From Basidiobolus meristosporus CBS 931.73 (taxonomy: Eukaryota; Fungi; Basidiobolomycota), in contig MCFE01000170.1 of the NCBI GenBank assembly GCA_002104905.1, positions 79,868 to 143,867 of the forward strand: a stretch of DNA of 64,000 nt, in the 5' to 3' direction. This document shows, one piece after another, positions 27,501-39,601 of this stretch (within the stretch, counting starts at the first letter, position 1; the number at the start of each line of letters is the position of its first letter). A program made the translations under genes and the position numbers. The notes under the pieces were generated by a model. That model searched no databases. It was not told the DNA's origin and worked only from the letters and a program-made list of their open reading frames with translations.

Positions 27501-28557
27501 AAATCAGACCAGTTCCTTGGACCGAGATATCAGAGGACTTGATAAGAGGCCAGGGTAATTAGACCACAGTTCACTCCTTTCGGGCAACATGCTAAGAGCT
27601 CCGTTTCCCACTGACCTATATAGCCGAGAGACCGTGAAAATAGGAGTTTTGTACGTCGGCCCGGGCCAAGAAGATGAAAGTAGCATCCTATCGAACTCCG
27701 AAGGAAGCCCAGCCTACGAGCGCTTTCTTCACGAGCTAGGGCAAGAGGTTGAATTGGAAACTCACCCAGGCTATCTTGGTGGCCTGGAGAAGAACTTGAC
27801 CACCGGGAAAACCGCGATTTATCACTCTTCTATTAGTGTTGAGATGATGTTCCACGATGTCACCAGAATCCCGACCAATCCGAATGATCCCAAGCAATTG
27901 AAAAAGGTTTGGTGGGACTTACTTATAGCAACATGCTTAGATCATGTACACTAATACGGGGGACCATCGTTAGAAACGTCACATTGGAAACGACCATGTC
28001 CATATTGTATGGAATGAGCATTGTCGTGAGTATCGAAGAAGCACCATTGGTGGGGATTTTGGCAACGTCCAAATCATTATCACTCCTACGCCAAATGGTT
28101 TGTACGGTATCGATGTGTATAGGGACTCAGAGGTCTGTATCCTTGTGTTTTTGTGAAGAGACCTCAGCTAATGGAAGTGCATGCAGATTCCCCTGTTCGG
28201 GCCAGTTCTGGATGGCATGGTACTACCAGACGCACTACTTGCTCCTTTAATAAGGATGACTGCGCTAAATGCTTCACGATATGCCATCTATCATCCCTTC
28301 ATACTGTACCGCCACCCGTATCCTTTTCAACTTCAACGATTTTTCAAAGCTGAGCAGCCTGTTGTTCGCCTTAACCTCTTGCCATAGATATACACATAGA
28401 GCCAACGACATCAAAACGATATGCAGGCGCCACGCCTCCAAGAAATGGTATGTTGTCTAACGCTTGGAACTCGCGCTGGACATACAAATAACCCATCCCC
28501 CCCACCAGGACCTACAATCAGTTCCTGACAAAACTTTTCCCGCTTTTTGGCAGCTAA
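21593..28557 (+). CDS. RALGAPA: Multi-exon RalGAP-alpha/tuberin-like Rap-GAP domain protein
   Basis: N-terminal RLRFLALWNLL and LREIGLRLLLIW. Rap_GAP domain RETVKIGVLYVGPGQED...YERFL..LG..V.L..H.GY.GGL...KRHIGNDHVHIVWNE and PLFGPVLDG. Many GT-AG introns. Last exons read YTHRANDIKTICRRHASKKW-TYNQFLTKLFPLFGS*. Start and exon edges approximate. Confidence 0.85.
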
Positions 28558-29973
28558 TCTCCGCTCCGTACATTTCCCTACACACCCTATAGCTTCTCAC
28601 CCTATTTACCTGTATTACCTATGCAAAATCTAATGTTTTTCTTCTTACCAGCATCCCATAGCCACCTACAACCCCTTTAGTCCTTCCCTAATAGCTTCAC
28701 CGTTTCGTTCCACTCCCCTTTCTCCACACGTCACATAGTTCTACCCGCATGATACACCCTATGTCCCCGGGCCAGCCCGGAGACCATCCAAACCCCGAGT
28801 ACATCATATAGCACTCTTTTTCTTTTGGACCACCCTCCTTACCTCACAACTCTTGTACCATAGTAGCTCTTTAATTAAACTGGTATCATTTCGATGCGTT
28901 CGCTCTGTTTGAGCCTCTACAAAGGGCCGGTCGATCAACAGGGATCATCAAGATACTGTTTGATCAGATTGTCTCCCGTACCACCCACCCTCTAATCACT
29001 ATCAAGGGCAGATGCGACTGCGTGAGCCCCGGCATTGATCGGGCGTATATGGAATGCCAACATCTTCATCGAAGTTGCCAGCACATGGCATCATCGGCCT
29101 GGATTTCAAATCAACTTCGGTACAACTTGTCAGTTGGATGTGTTGTGGAATCCAACCTGCCATGTGGTTCGTCATTAGGCAACGGTCACAGCTGGCGGAA
29201 CAATACGGATCGCTTGAGAGGGTGATGCGGGACACCCTCTGGAAGTAGAATCGAGCGGATCTGCCATGCTCTGCGACAAGCCAACATCATGGAAGGGGTA
29301 CGGTTGCACGATATCCTTCACCATGGCGTTCAAGGGGCTCTGCTGATGCGGTGCAGCTTTGATCGCGGCCCCAAATCAGTTCACACGGCCTACATGATGA
29401 TTTTGGGCACGGAGCCTATTGGAAGCCTGCGTTGACGACGATTGGTAGGCTAATCATGATTGATATTTACTAATTAGGGATAGTGACTTGTGCGTATCTC
29501 ATCAGCCATCTGACCTGGCAGCAATGCCGGCTTCATATGTGGTAGGCTGGATGGGCTAATTGTGAGCATCAGTCCGTGAATCACCCATCTTGTGTTTCCC
29601 GCTATGTCGTGGAGCTGGATCTACAGTAACAGTCGGCGGTTCCTATCTGCCACCATGGCACCCCGGGATCCTGGCATGGAGTAAGGGACATGAGGCACGA
29701 GATGGGAATCTGATCCTGACCAAGGTCACCGGCCATCAGAGATCTAGATAATCTACAGGGAGGTCAGCAGGAGAAAAAGATCTCATCCCAAGTTCGCCGG
29801 GATGATTATCAATCCACGAAGTATCTAATTTCTTTTCGTGGTACTCTTCTTCGCTTGGATTTTCAATCAATTTTTATCCCATCACATAAAGCACCGTTAC
29901 CATTCTCCCGGATAGCTCGAAGTTTGGTGTGTCTCCTTTGTCACAGGCCTCTCAGTAAGAAAGACTCTCCTAA

Positions 29974-31347
<1,374 letters not shown>

Positions 31348-31732
31348 TGCTGGCCCGCCACTGGTGTAACTCATAAAGCATCCCCTCCACTTACTTCATT
31401 TCATTCCCTTACATAAATCACCCTTCCATTGAAGATAATTCGACATAATAAATCCATTCAAATGAGGCCGCCCTCTCCAAAGCCAACTCGCCTTGGCCCA
31501 AGTCTATTGCGCACATTGCCGTCGCGGCCACGTGGCTCGACGGTCAGTGGCTGATATCTCATTCTTGAGTGCATTGACGACATTGACGCTTTGGCCAATC
31601 GCATCGATGGAAGTGGGAACATTACACACCATTCAGAATTACTCAGGAATCAGGATCCGAACCAAGGTGGGCGGGGATTACTTAAGAGAAGCCTTGTGGC
31701 TAGAGGTCGCTACCGTCTTTGTTTTCTCTGGC

Positions 31733-32284
31733 ATGCTTCGATTCCAGGTACTTCATAAGGTGAGCGACCCTACCCCATGATTCACACGCGACGTGCTCTG
31801 ACATAGCCATGGCTCCAGGTTACTTACCGCGGCGCTATCCGTACATTCTCCCAGGTATGGAGGCCCACCTACATTCTTCTTTCCAGATACCAACTAAGCC
31901 ATGATAAAGGGGACCCTGGCTGCTCAAAATCGATTCACCGACTTGGTTCGGTTGGCCCGGGACGACGCCAAGATCGAAGAAATCAGCGTATCCACCCTCA
32001 AGGCCTCATACGACCCGAAAAAGCACCAGATTGTTGACGTGCGTGAGGTGTCCGAGCAACACAAGGGGATTATACCAGAGGCGATATGCCTACCACGTGG
32101 TATCCTCGAGAGGGATATCGAGAAGAAGGTCCCGATTTCCAAGGAGGTGGTGGTCTATTGTGCGGGTGGACTGCGCTCCATACTAGCTGCCGAGAATCTG
32201 AAGAGGATGGGCTACTCCGTGAAAAGCCTGCAAGGCGGATACGACGTATGGAAGGAGAGTGGTGGCGAGATCTCGAAATACTAG
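31733..32284 (+). CDS. Single-domain rhodanese/sulfurtransferase, predicted mitochondrial (exons 31733-31759, 31807-31854, 31910-32284)
   Basis: IVDVREVSE...VVVYCAGGLRSILAAENLKRMGY..LQGG...W. Two canonical introns (GTGAG..CTGAC..TAG and GTATG..CTAAG..AAG) give the N-terminus MLRFQVLHKPWLQVTYRGAIRTFSQG. Confidence 0.88.
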
Positions 32285-32820
32285 ATACTTCCTGCGTTCC
32301 ATGCACTTGGGCACCGAGCACCAATTTGTTCTATCAAACATACAATAAACTGAGGTCTGCTACTTTGAAGGGCCAACGTCAGAACACGTGTCGGCTGATG
32401 CAATTGAGTTCCATCGTGGGCCACCTGGTATGGATGGTGTTGTGTTGGCTGTCGTTTCAGATACAATGAAACGAATCCAGACATTTGGGCCTCAGAATTG
32501 ATCCTTAGAATGGATTCCCATAGAAATAGAACGTGTATCTGTTACATTACCATAACATTGAGACTTGCCTTGAGGTTGGATACCTTAGCCAGCTGTTTGT
32601 CCTGAGGTGATCCTCTCCTCACCTGAAACATATGCTTACTTGGCATCACGGACATATCCTGATGGATTTTGTGGCGAATTCAACAACATCGCCCTCTTCT
32701 AGCCGGTATATAAGTTGAATCCTACGCTTCGATGCTCCATTAAAATACAGTTCTCTGTTATTTTGACCTGTAAGATAGCCTTCTCCTCTTTGTCTTTATC
32801 ATAATATTCACCCCAGCAAT

Positions 32821-33897
32821 ATGCACGTCTTGGCTAGCTCCGCACTGTTACTGTGCTTGACAAGTCACTGGCTGATCTCCAGTGATGTATACGCCCTTCC
32901 AAATCCTGGGCGTTCCTTGGGGAAGTGGGCCAAAACTGATGCATTGGATCTTTGGGGCTTGGATGATGGGATTGAATTTAATTCAAGCAAATTTCATGAT
33001 AATGATGAAGAGGAGGAGGAAGAAGACGACGAAGGGGATGGCAATAATAATGGTGGTTCAGGAGGTAAGAGGGGCTCTGGAGGTGGTGGTGGTGGTGGTG
33101 GCAATGGCGGCTCTGGAGGTAATGGTGGCTCCGGAGGTAATGGTGGCAATGGTGGCTCTGGAGGTGGTGGTAACGGCGGTTCTGGAGGTAACGGCGGCAA
33201 TGGTGGCTCTGGAGGTAATGGCGGTAATGGTGGCTCTGGAGGTGGTGGTAATGGCGGCTCTGGAGGTAATGGCGGCAACGGTGGTTCTGGAGGTAATGGA
33301 GGTGGCGGTAGCGGTAACTATGGCGGGTCTGTAGGAAATGGTGGCTCTGGTGGCGGGGGTTTTGGTGGGCTAACTAACATTATTATCAATGGCGCATTTG
33401 GAGGAGGTCATGGCGGGGCCGGAGGTCATCGTGGGAATGGCTCGAGAAATGGTCGTGACGGAGACGATGGCGCGGATGGTGAAGATGGCGCGGATGGCGA
33501 AGATGGTAACGACGACGGGGATAGCGGCAACGAAAATACCGGAAATGGCCGTGATAGCGGCAACGCTAGTCGACTTGCAAGGATCGCACGTCATTCCCTG
33601 AGACGCATTACCAAGGTCGTTAACAAACTGAACCAACGCATCGAAGGGATCGGCAGCACGTTGGTTCTGGCCAAAACGGATGCCCGCCTCAACAAAAAAA
33701 CCTTGAGAAGATTGGGCAGAGTGGCCCTCGGGTTAAATCGGCAACTGGCCAACTTGGAAAGTAGAATGGAGGATGTAGGATCGAGATCCGACCAAGACAA
33801 CAACGGTGGCAGTAGAGGCCATGGCTCTTACCGTTCCCGCTCCCGTTCTCATTCTCGTTCCCACTCTCGTTCTTGGGCTCGCTCAAGTGCATACTGA
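32821..33897 (+). CDS. Secreted glycine-rich low-complexity protein (358 aa, intronless)
   Basis: Hydrophobic signal-like N-terminus; D/E run; GGNGGSGG repeats; GxDG triplets; amphipathic helix; RSRSHS tail. Confidence 0.8.
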   Translation: MHVLASSALLLCLTSHWLISSDVYALPNPGRSLGKWAKTDALDLWGLDDGIEFNSSKFHDNDEEEEEEDDEGDGNNNGGSGGKRGSGGGGGGGGNGGSGGNGGSGGNGGNGGSGGGGNGGSGGNGGNGGSGGNGGNGGSGGGGNGGSGGNGGNGGSGGNGGGGSGNYGGSVGNGGSGGGGFGGLTNIIINGAFGGGHGGAGGHRGNGSRNGRDGDDGADGEDGADGEDGNDDGDSGNENTGNGRDSGNASRLARIARHSLRRITKVVNKLNQRIEGIGSTLVLAKTDARLNKKTLRRLGRVALGLNRQLANLESRMEDVGSRSDQDNNGGSRGHGSYRSRSRSHSRSHSRSWARSSAY

Positions 33898-34610
33898 GTA
33901 TCGTAGAGATTGAGTGTCATCAGATCTTTGGTTTCTGAAGAATGCATGTCCACCTTCATGATTACGGTCCATACTCATCCAGCCACCATCTCGCTCATGC
34001 AGTTGCTCAACTCATTCCCTAATGATATAGATTTGATCGCTGGCATAGTGTGGACAGTAATAAAGTCTCATACTGACAATACAGTTACCTCGATGAACGT
34101 AGGATGTATGGTGGCTTAGAGATTGCATCAAAGTAGGGCACATGAAGTCTTGATTTGCATGAGCGCCGTATTGGTAGTGGTCGGGTTAAACGTAGGTCTG
34201 GGGTTTGGGATACACCCAGTATGTTTGGCCTTTCCTACGGGATGTGCTTAGTTTGTGCATATTCACCATAGAATGTCAGCTGCCATTAGAGCTTGGAGTT
34301 CCAAGCAATACTCGCCAGAGCTGTCACCACATCCGACAAGACCGCTCGTACCGAATGCCAGATCATTCCTTTTCTTTGTAACGGGTTTATTTGGGTCGAG
34401 GCATTACCCTAGGCAGACTGTGGCTCTCTATGCAGAAGGCATATTAAAACTGACATGGGGCCCACAAATAGACAACGTCCTCGTGCAAAACAGTGATGAA
34501 AGACCATGTAAAGAAGGGTGCTTGATGGGGTTGTTTCCGGATCGTCGTGATACATATAGCATAGGTCCATAGGCTATTTACAATTGCTCTGATCGGTTGG
34601 ATCGGCCCCT

Positions 34611-36455
34611 CTAGTTTGGCCTCCTCTGTTGGTCAATCTTTCGTTTGATATCTGTATGCTCCAACGCTAGCCATTGATCCACTTCGCGGACCAGATCGTT
34701 CATCTTGGCGAGCTTTAGCTGCGTCTGCAGAGTGCCGATGGTCTTTGTTGTTGGTCGGTCTTTCATCTCCTCGGTGAGAACTTTGGTAGCCTCCGAGAAG
34801 AGGCCAAAGCTACACAACGCATGTAGGTAAGATCCATATACGTTGTCGTCTATCGGATACGTACAGCGTATCTCCTCCCAAGTTGTCCGAAGGTCCTCAA
34901 GGTCGGAGTTGTACCTTATGGAATCCAGTAGAACAGAGATGTGCGGAGATACCAAGCTGAGGTCGGCTCCGCCCTCCACAATTGTCATCCACAGCTCACG
35001 CACCTTATCGTGCTTTCCCAGTCTGCTGTAGGAATCCATCAAGATCGTATACATGGGCAGGTCTGGCTCGATACCATGTTTGCGCATCTCACTGTACATA
35101 TCCAGCCCTTTCTGGACCTGGCCGTTCTTGATGTACCCATCAATCATCAAGTTGTAAATCTCGAGATTGTATTGCAAGCCAAGCTTCGGGATCGACGCGA
35201 AAAGGTCTTCGGCTTCCGGAATGGCGCCCGCCAGTTTGTACGCTTTGATCAGTGCCCCGACGGCAGGGATATCGGGCTGAACCTTATGGGTGAGCATCTC
35301 TTCGTAGACTCGGCGCGCTCCCTGCGGGTCAAAGGCTTCCGCGTGCGCGTTGATCAGCTTGGTGAACAGGGATTTGGTGGGCACCATGTTGGACTGCACC
35401 ATCTCCTTGTAGCACGACATTGCTTTCTCCAAATTCAGGTCGTCAACCAGAGCGGAGATAAACGTGGTCCAAGTAAAATGGTTCGGCTGAATACCGTTCG
35501 ATAGCATCTGGAAGAATATCTCCTCCGCCATATTCAAGCGCTTTCGTTTCACGAATGCTTGCAGTAGGGTTGTGTAGGTGATCACGTTGGGAGCTACGCC
35601 GCGCTCCAGCATGGTTCGATAGAGCTGGGTCGCCTTTCGTAGATTGCCACTCTTAGAGTAAGCGTGGATCAGGGTGGAGTAGGTGAAAACGTCGGGGAAT
35701 ACATTCTCCTGGATCATCTCCTTCGACAACTCCTCAACTTTGCCGATCCTCTTCATCTTGGCATTCGCGTCGATCATACTGTTGTATATCTTCAGGTCCG
35801 GTTTGAATCCCTCCGCCAGCATCTCGTCGTAGGCCCGATTCAGGGAATCCGGGTCGTTGTGCATCTTGCATACCTTCAATAGTATGTTGTATGTCTTGAT
35901 ATCCCTTGGTATTTTGTGAGCCCTCATAAATTCCAGCATCTTGTAGGCTTCACGGGGCCCTTGTTTGCGCAAAGTATTGATGATCAGGTTGCAAACGAAG
36001 GTGTCCGGCTTTAGCTTTTTCGCCAACATATCCTCCAGCACCAACCGAACCTGTTCGTAGGGCTCGCACAAACCCAGCACGGATAGCACTGGCGTGAACT
36101 CCTGTAGTGTGTGGAATTCAGCCTCCACTCGAGCGATGGAGCCCAGGATTTCCTGGCATTTGGAGACATCGGGCTCCGCTCCACCGGCACTTCTGTTAAA
36201 GGTTCGAAGCAGTCTCGGCCATATCTTCGAGGGCAGATTACCCTCCTCCCCCGCCTCTACCACTGCTTTGTATAGTGCCCAAGCCTCTGCCTTATCATTC
36301 TTGTTTAAGCTCCACGTAAGCCGATCTACCAAACTTGCCTGACGCTGAAGCGTTGGTTTCTCGGTGGAGTAAAGGCATCTCAAATCCAGTGGCCTGTTGG
36401 GTGCTTTTAAAGAGCCTAGCCTGGTTGCCCGAAGATTCTGCACAAGCCTAAACAT
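34611..36455 (-). CDS. Mitochondrial pentatricopeptide-repeat (PPR) protein
   Basis: Arg-rich presequence ending RCLYSTE. About ten 35-aa repeats, e.g. PDVFTYSTLIHAYSKSGNLRKATQLYRTMLERGVA and PNVITYTTLLQAFVK. Confidence 0.95.
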   Translation of the reverse strand: MFRLVQNLRATRLGSLKAPNRPLDLRCLYSTEKPTLQRQASLVDRLTWSLNKNDKAEAWALYKAVVEAGEEGNLPSKIWPRLLRTFNRSAGGAEPDVSKCQEILGSIARVEAEFHTLQEFTPVLSVLGLCEPYEQVRLVLEDMLAKKLKPDTFVCNLIINTLRKQGPREAYKMLEFMRAHKIPRDIKTYNILLKVCKMHNDPDSLNRAYDEMLAEGFKPDLKIYNSMIDANAKMKRIGKVEELSKEMIQENVFPDVFTYSTLIHAYSKSGNLRKATQLYRTMLERGVAPNVITYTTLLQAFVKRKRLNMAEEIFFQMLSNGIQPNHFTWTTFISALVDDLNLEKAMSCYKEMVQSNMVPTKSLFTKLINAHAEAFDPQGARRVYEEMLTHKVQPDIPAVGALIKAYKLAGAIPEAEDLFASIPKLGLQYNLEIYNLMIDGYIKNGQVQKGLDMYSEMRKHGIEPDLPMYTILMDSYSRLGKHDKVRELWMTIVEGGADLSLVSPHISVLLDSIRYNSDLEDLRTTWEEIRCTYPIDDNVYGSYLHALCSFGLFSEATKVLTEEMKDRPTTKTIGTLQTQLKLAKMNDLVREVDQWLALEHTDIKRKIDQQRRPN

Positions 36456-36936
36456 AACGAAGAATCAAGCAAGAATAGGTGGGCAGCGACAATGGAGGTG
36501 GCTAGGGTGCAATGGAGAATATCCCCAAAAGGTAGTCCGTATTTCACTCGCCAAACAAATTTTTTATTCATGGTTCGACATATATGGGAATGTAGCATCA
36601 TTCATGTGGCATAGTGTGAACATAATTTGCGCAAACCAAGTCAACCGCAGGAATTGGTTGAAGCGGCCATGATAGCAGATGCGGTCTGTGGAAACCATAA
36701 TTGCCAAGCGGATTTATTTAAAACATTAGATTATTTGTGTATACTACAAACCAGAATACCAAGGGCTGGAAATACAACAGAAATATTCGGCAACGGGGGC
36801 TTTTTCGCCAGCCTCCATCGGAAGTGGAGCAGCTTGCTAAATACAGCGGGAGACATGCGAGAAAGATGGCTAGGTCGGTAGGAGATTTCGTAATAAGGAG
36901 TAAGGACAGGGTATTGTTGTAAGATCCATATATATA

Positions 36937-39030
36937 CTACAAGAAATTGACATGTGCTTTGTTGGGCCCACTAGATTTACCCATGTTTTGCTTCGAAGGC
37001 ACATTTCCCGCGACAGACACATTGAGCAACGCATCGTCGACCACGCTAGTGAGCTCGACTAGACCCGCCAAAGCTTGTTGGTAGCTGTCCAGTAGAAACA
37101 CATCCAGCTTAGGGCTGATGGTCAGCTTTTTGGTGACCTCCTCGCCTTCCGTCGTGTGGTTCTGGGATGACTTGTCCCATTCAATTGTCCTAGTTCTTGA
37201 CACTTCCAGAATCGGCGGAAGGTGCGTGGATTCTGAGACAACCAACGGGGTCAAGCCAATCTTCATATGCTCGTCGAACTGCTTGGCGACACGGACAAGT
37301 TCCTTTATGGCCGAATCCAACGAGTTTCCCGTTTCCTCATGTGTTTCGTTGGCCGGCTCGGCGGCAACACGGACAATCTGCATCCCCCGCTTGAATTTCT
37401 TCTTCTTTTTCGCACTGCGGACCTCCGCTCTACGAATATGCTGGGACCAGTTTTCAATAACGATCGATACCAGATATGTCATCGTTCCTACGCCCAAAAA
37501 GACGTACACAATGAAGATGGGCGCGCCAACCGGACTCATGGGTATAACATCACCGTAGCCTAGTAAAATCCCAGGGATTAGTATGACCGACACCTCTCGA
37601 GAATTGCGTGGAGTTTGGATTCGAACCGATTGTGGTGAAGGCAACGAAGCAGAAATACAGCGCCTCTATATAGCTCCAATGCTCGGTGATGCAGAATATG
37701 GCAGCCCCCAGCACCCTAGGTCGTCATCACGGGTTAGTCCGCATCCAGAGCAAGAGAATCAGTGGCCATTCCCCCGTATTTACCAAAACAAGCTGGCCGC
37801 GCACAATGCGAAGTACAATTGCTTCTTCATCTCGTTCTCCTTTTCCTCGATCAATTTTCTGCCAAGGTCATCCCAGGTCTGATACCTCTTCAGAGACAAG
37901 ATCGTGGTTTCAGCGCCGATTCCAAGGTTGTGCTGCTCCTGCAAAATCTCCTCCCTCCCTCTCTCGAGACTCTTCGCGAACTTCATCAGGGACTTGTAAT
38001 GGATCATTTCCGACACGGAAACGTTGATCCCGGCGAACATGAAGCCCATGGCCATGATCCCGAACGTGGCGTAGAAAAAAATGAAGATCCTACCGCCTAG
38101 TGTTTGAGGTGCAAAGGAGCCGAACCCAATGGTAGCCAATGTTTCTGAGATAACACGGTCAGGCGCTTACACGGCATATCAGTAACATATGACTCTTACC
38201 CAGGCAAAAGAAAAGCGCGCTGATATACGGCCAACCTTCGATCAGACTGTACACAATTGACCCTAGCCCAGCCCAACACGCAGCAACCATGATCACTACA
38301 ATCAGGATACGCGCACGATGACTCAAACCGCATCCTACAAACGTCGGTTAGACACCTCTTTCTCTCCCTGTAGAAGTAGAGAGAATACTCACCGCACTTC
38401 TCATAATCCTCTGTGCGATTCAAGTCATATATAAACAGGCTGCTAATGAGGAAGGCTAGGCATGCTTCGATAATGGCAGCTATGAAATCTGTTGTGAGCT
38501 CGATATCCGAAAATCTGTAAACGGACAAGTACACGACGATCGCTATAGTGTGTAGCACTCCTATCGAAAACAAGTCGGAGAGGAAGGCCAGCATGGGTCA
38601 GGGATTACTGTTGAGAAAGCATCCAGCAGTTCGGGTATGACATACCGTCAAAAAACATGGCCACACAGGCTATTCTGGTTGCATATAACAGATGCCATTC
38701 TAGAAGTCGACTCAACATTGCAAAGTAAGCAACGAAGTGAAACACAAAGGCCAAGCTGAGAATGAGCGTAACGTCTGAAAAAGAACACGAAATGAGTGGT
38801 GGTTCGCCACGAAATCTGGAAGGGAAACGACGTGTACCGGTCGGCTTGACTGTGTTGCTGGTATACCCATCCCGGTTCAGGTGAAAAGAGTCAATGAGCG
38901 GAGCTAAGCTCACTAGAAACGACACGGGGGTCAGCCAACCGACCAGAAGGATAACTCTTGACCTGCGAAAACTATTTGCCCTTCGTAGATACTCTGAAAA
39001 CTTGTTTGTCTGCGAAGGAGTCTCTTCCAT
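36937..39030 (-). CDS. TOK1: TOK-type two-pore-domain K+ channel (multi-exon)
   Basis: Two pore loops, TIGFGSFAP and GYGDVIP, preceded by extra N-terminal TM segments (8TM/2P TOK layout). GT-AG introns, e.g. 38775-38836. Confidence 0.85.
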
Positions 39031-39601
39031 TTTCGCCAACACAGACCAGAGGGCAAGGGTAAATATAAAGCGGACACAAATCGCAAAATCACATTCTAGA
39101 CGGAAGGCCACTTCAAAGTCAGCCAAAATTCAATCCTCTCCAATCCTATTGGCCGACCCAGCCTTCCACAAGAAGCTTAAAATGTCCTGGAACACCGCGA
39201 TCCGACAATTAGTTTTAATTGGATTTCCTAGTTGGAGGGGTGTGCAACTATTGTACTGCTGCCAGATTGCCATGCAATAAACGGATGCGCGATCCCTGGC
39301 CCCAACTGGAGGACCCGCCGAACCGTGCATCCGACCAGGCGCACGCCAACCGTCAAAGGAAAACGATATGCGAAAAAGCATGGTTTATTTGCCTGTCAGA
39401 ATTAAAGATTTGAAGTATTTAGTGAAACATGCTGACAATTTCGCTGGGATCATGTTGGATCTGAACAGATTTGCCTAAGCATATACTGAATTACTAGGGG
39501 AGCTGAGCAATAATGTACATACTATAAATAGCATTGAACCGAATGAAATTAAATAAAAGAAACTCCGGAGGAGGTGCAGGTATCAAGGAAATCCCATCAA
39601 C

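Noticed and set aside
31400-31700. Possible upstream domain (e.g. cysteine dioxygenase) fused to the rhodanese
   Set aside because: No consistent spliced frame; the rhodanese is fully explained by ATG 31733 and two introns.
32994-33278. Pro-rich antisense ORF (PPEPPLPP)n
   Set aside because: Mirror of the Gly repeats on the + strand.
34941-35504. 187-aa + strand ORF
   Set aside because: Antisense shadow of the PPR gene.
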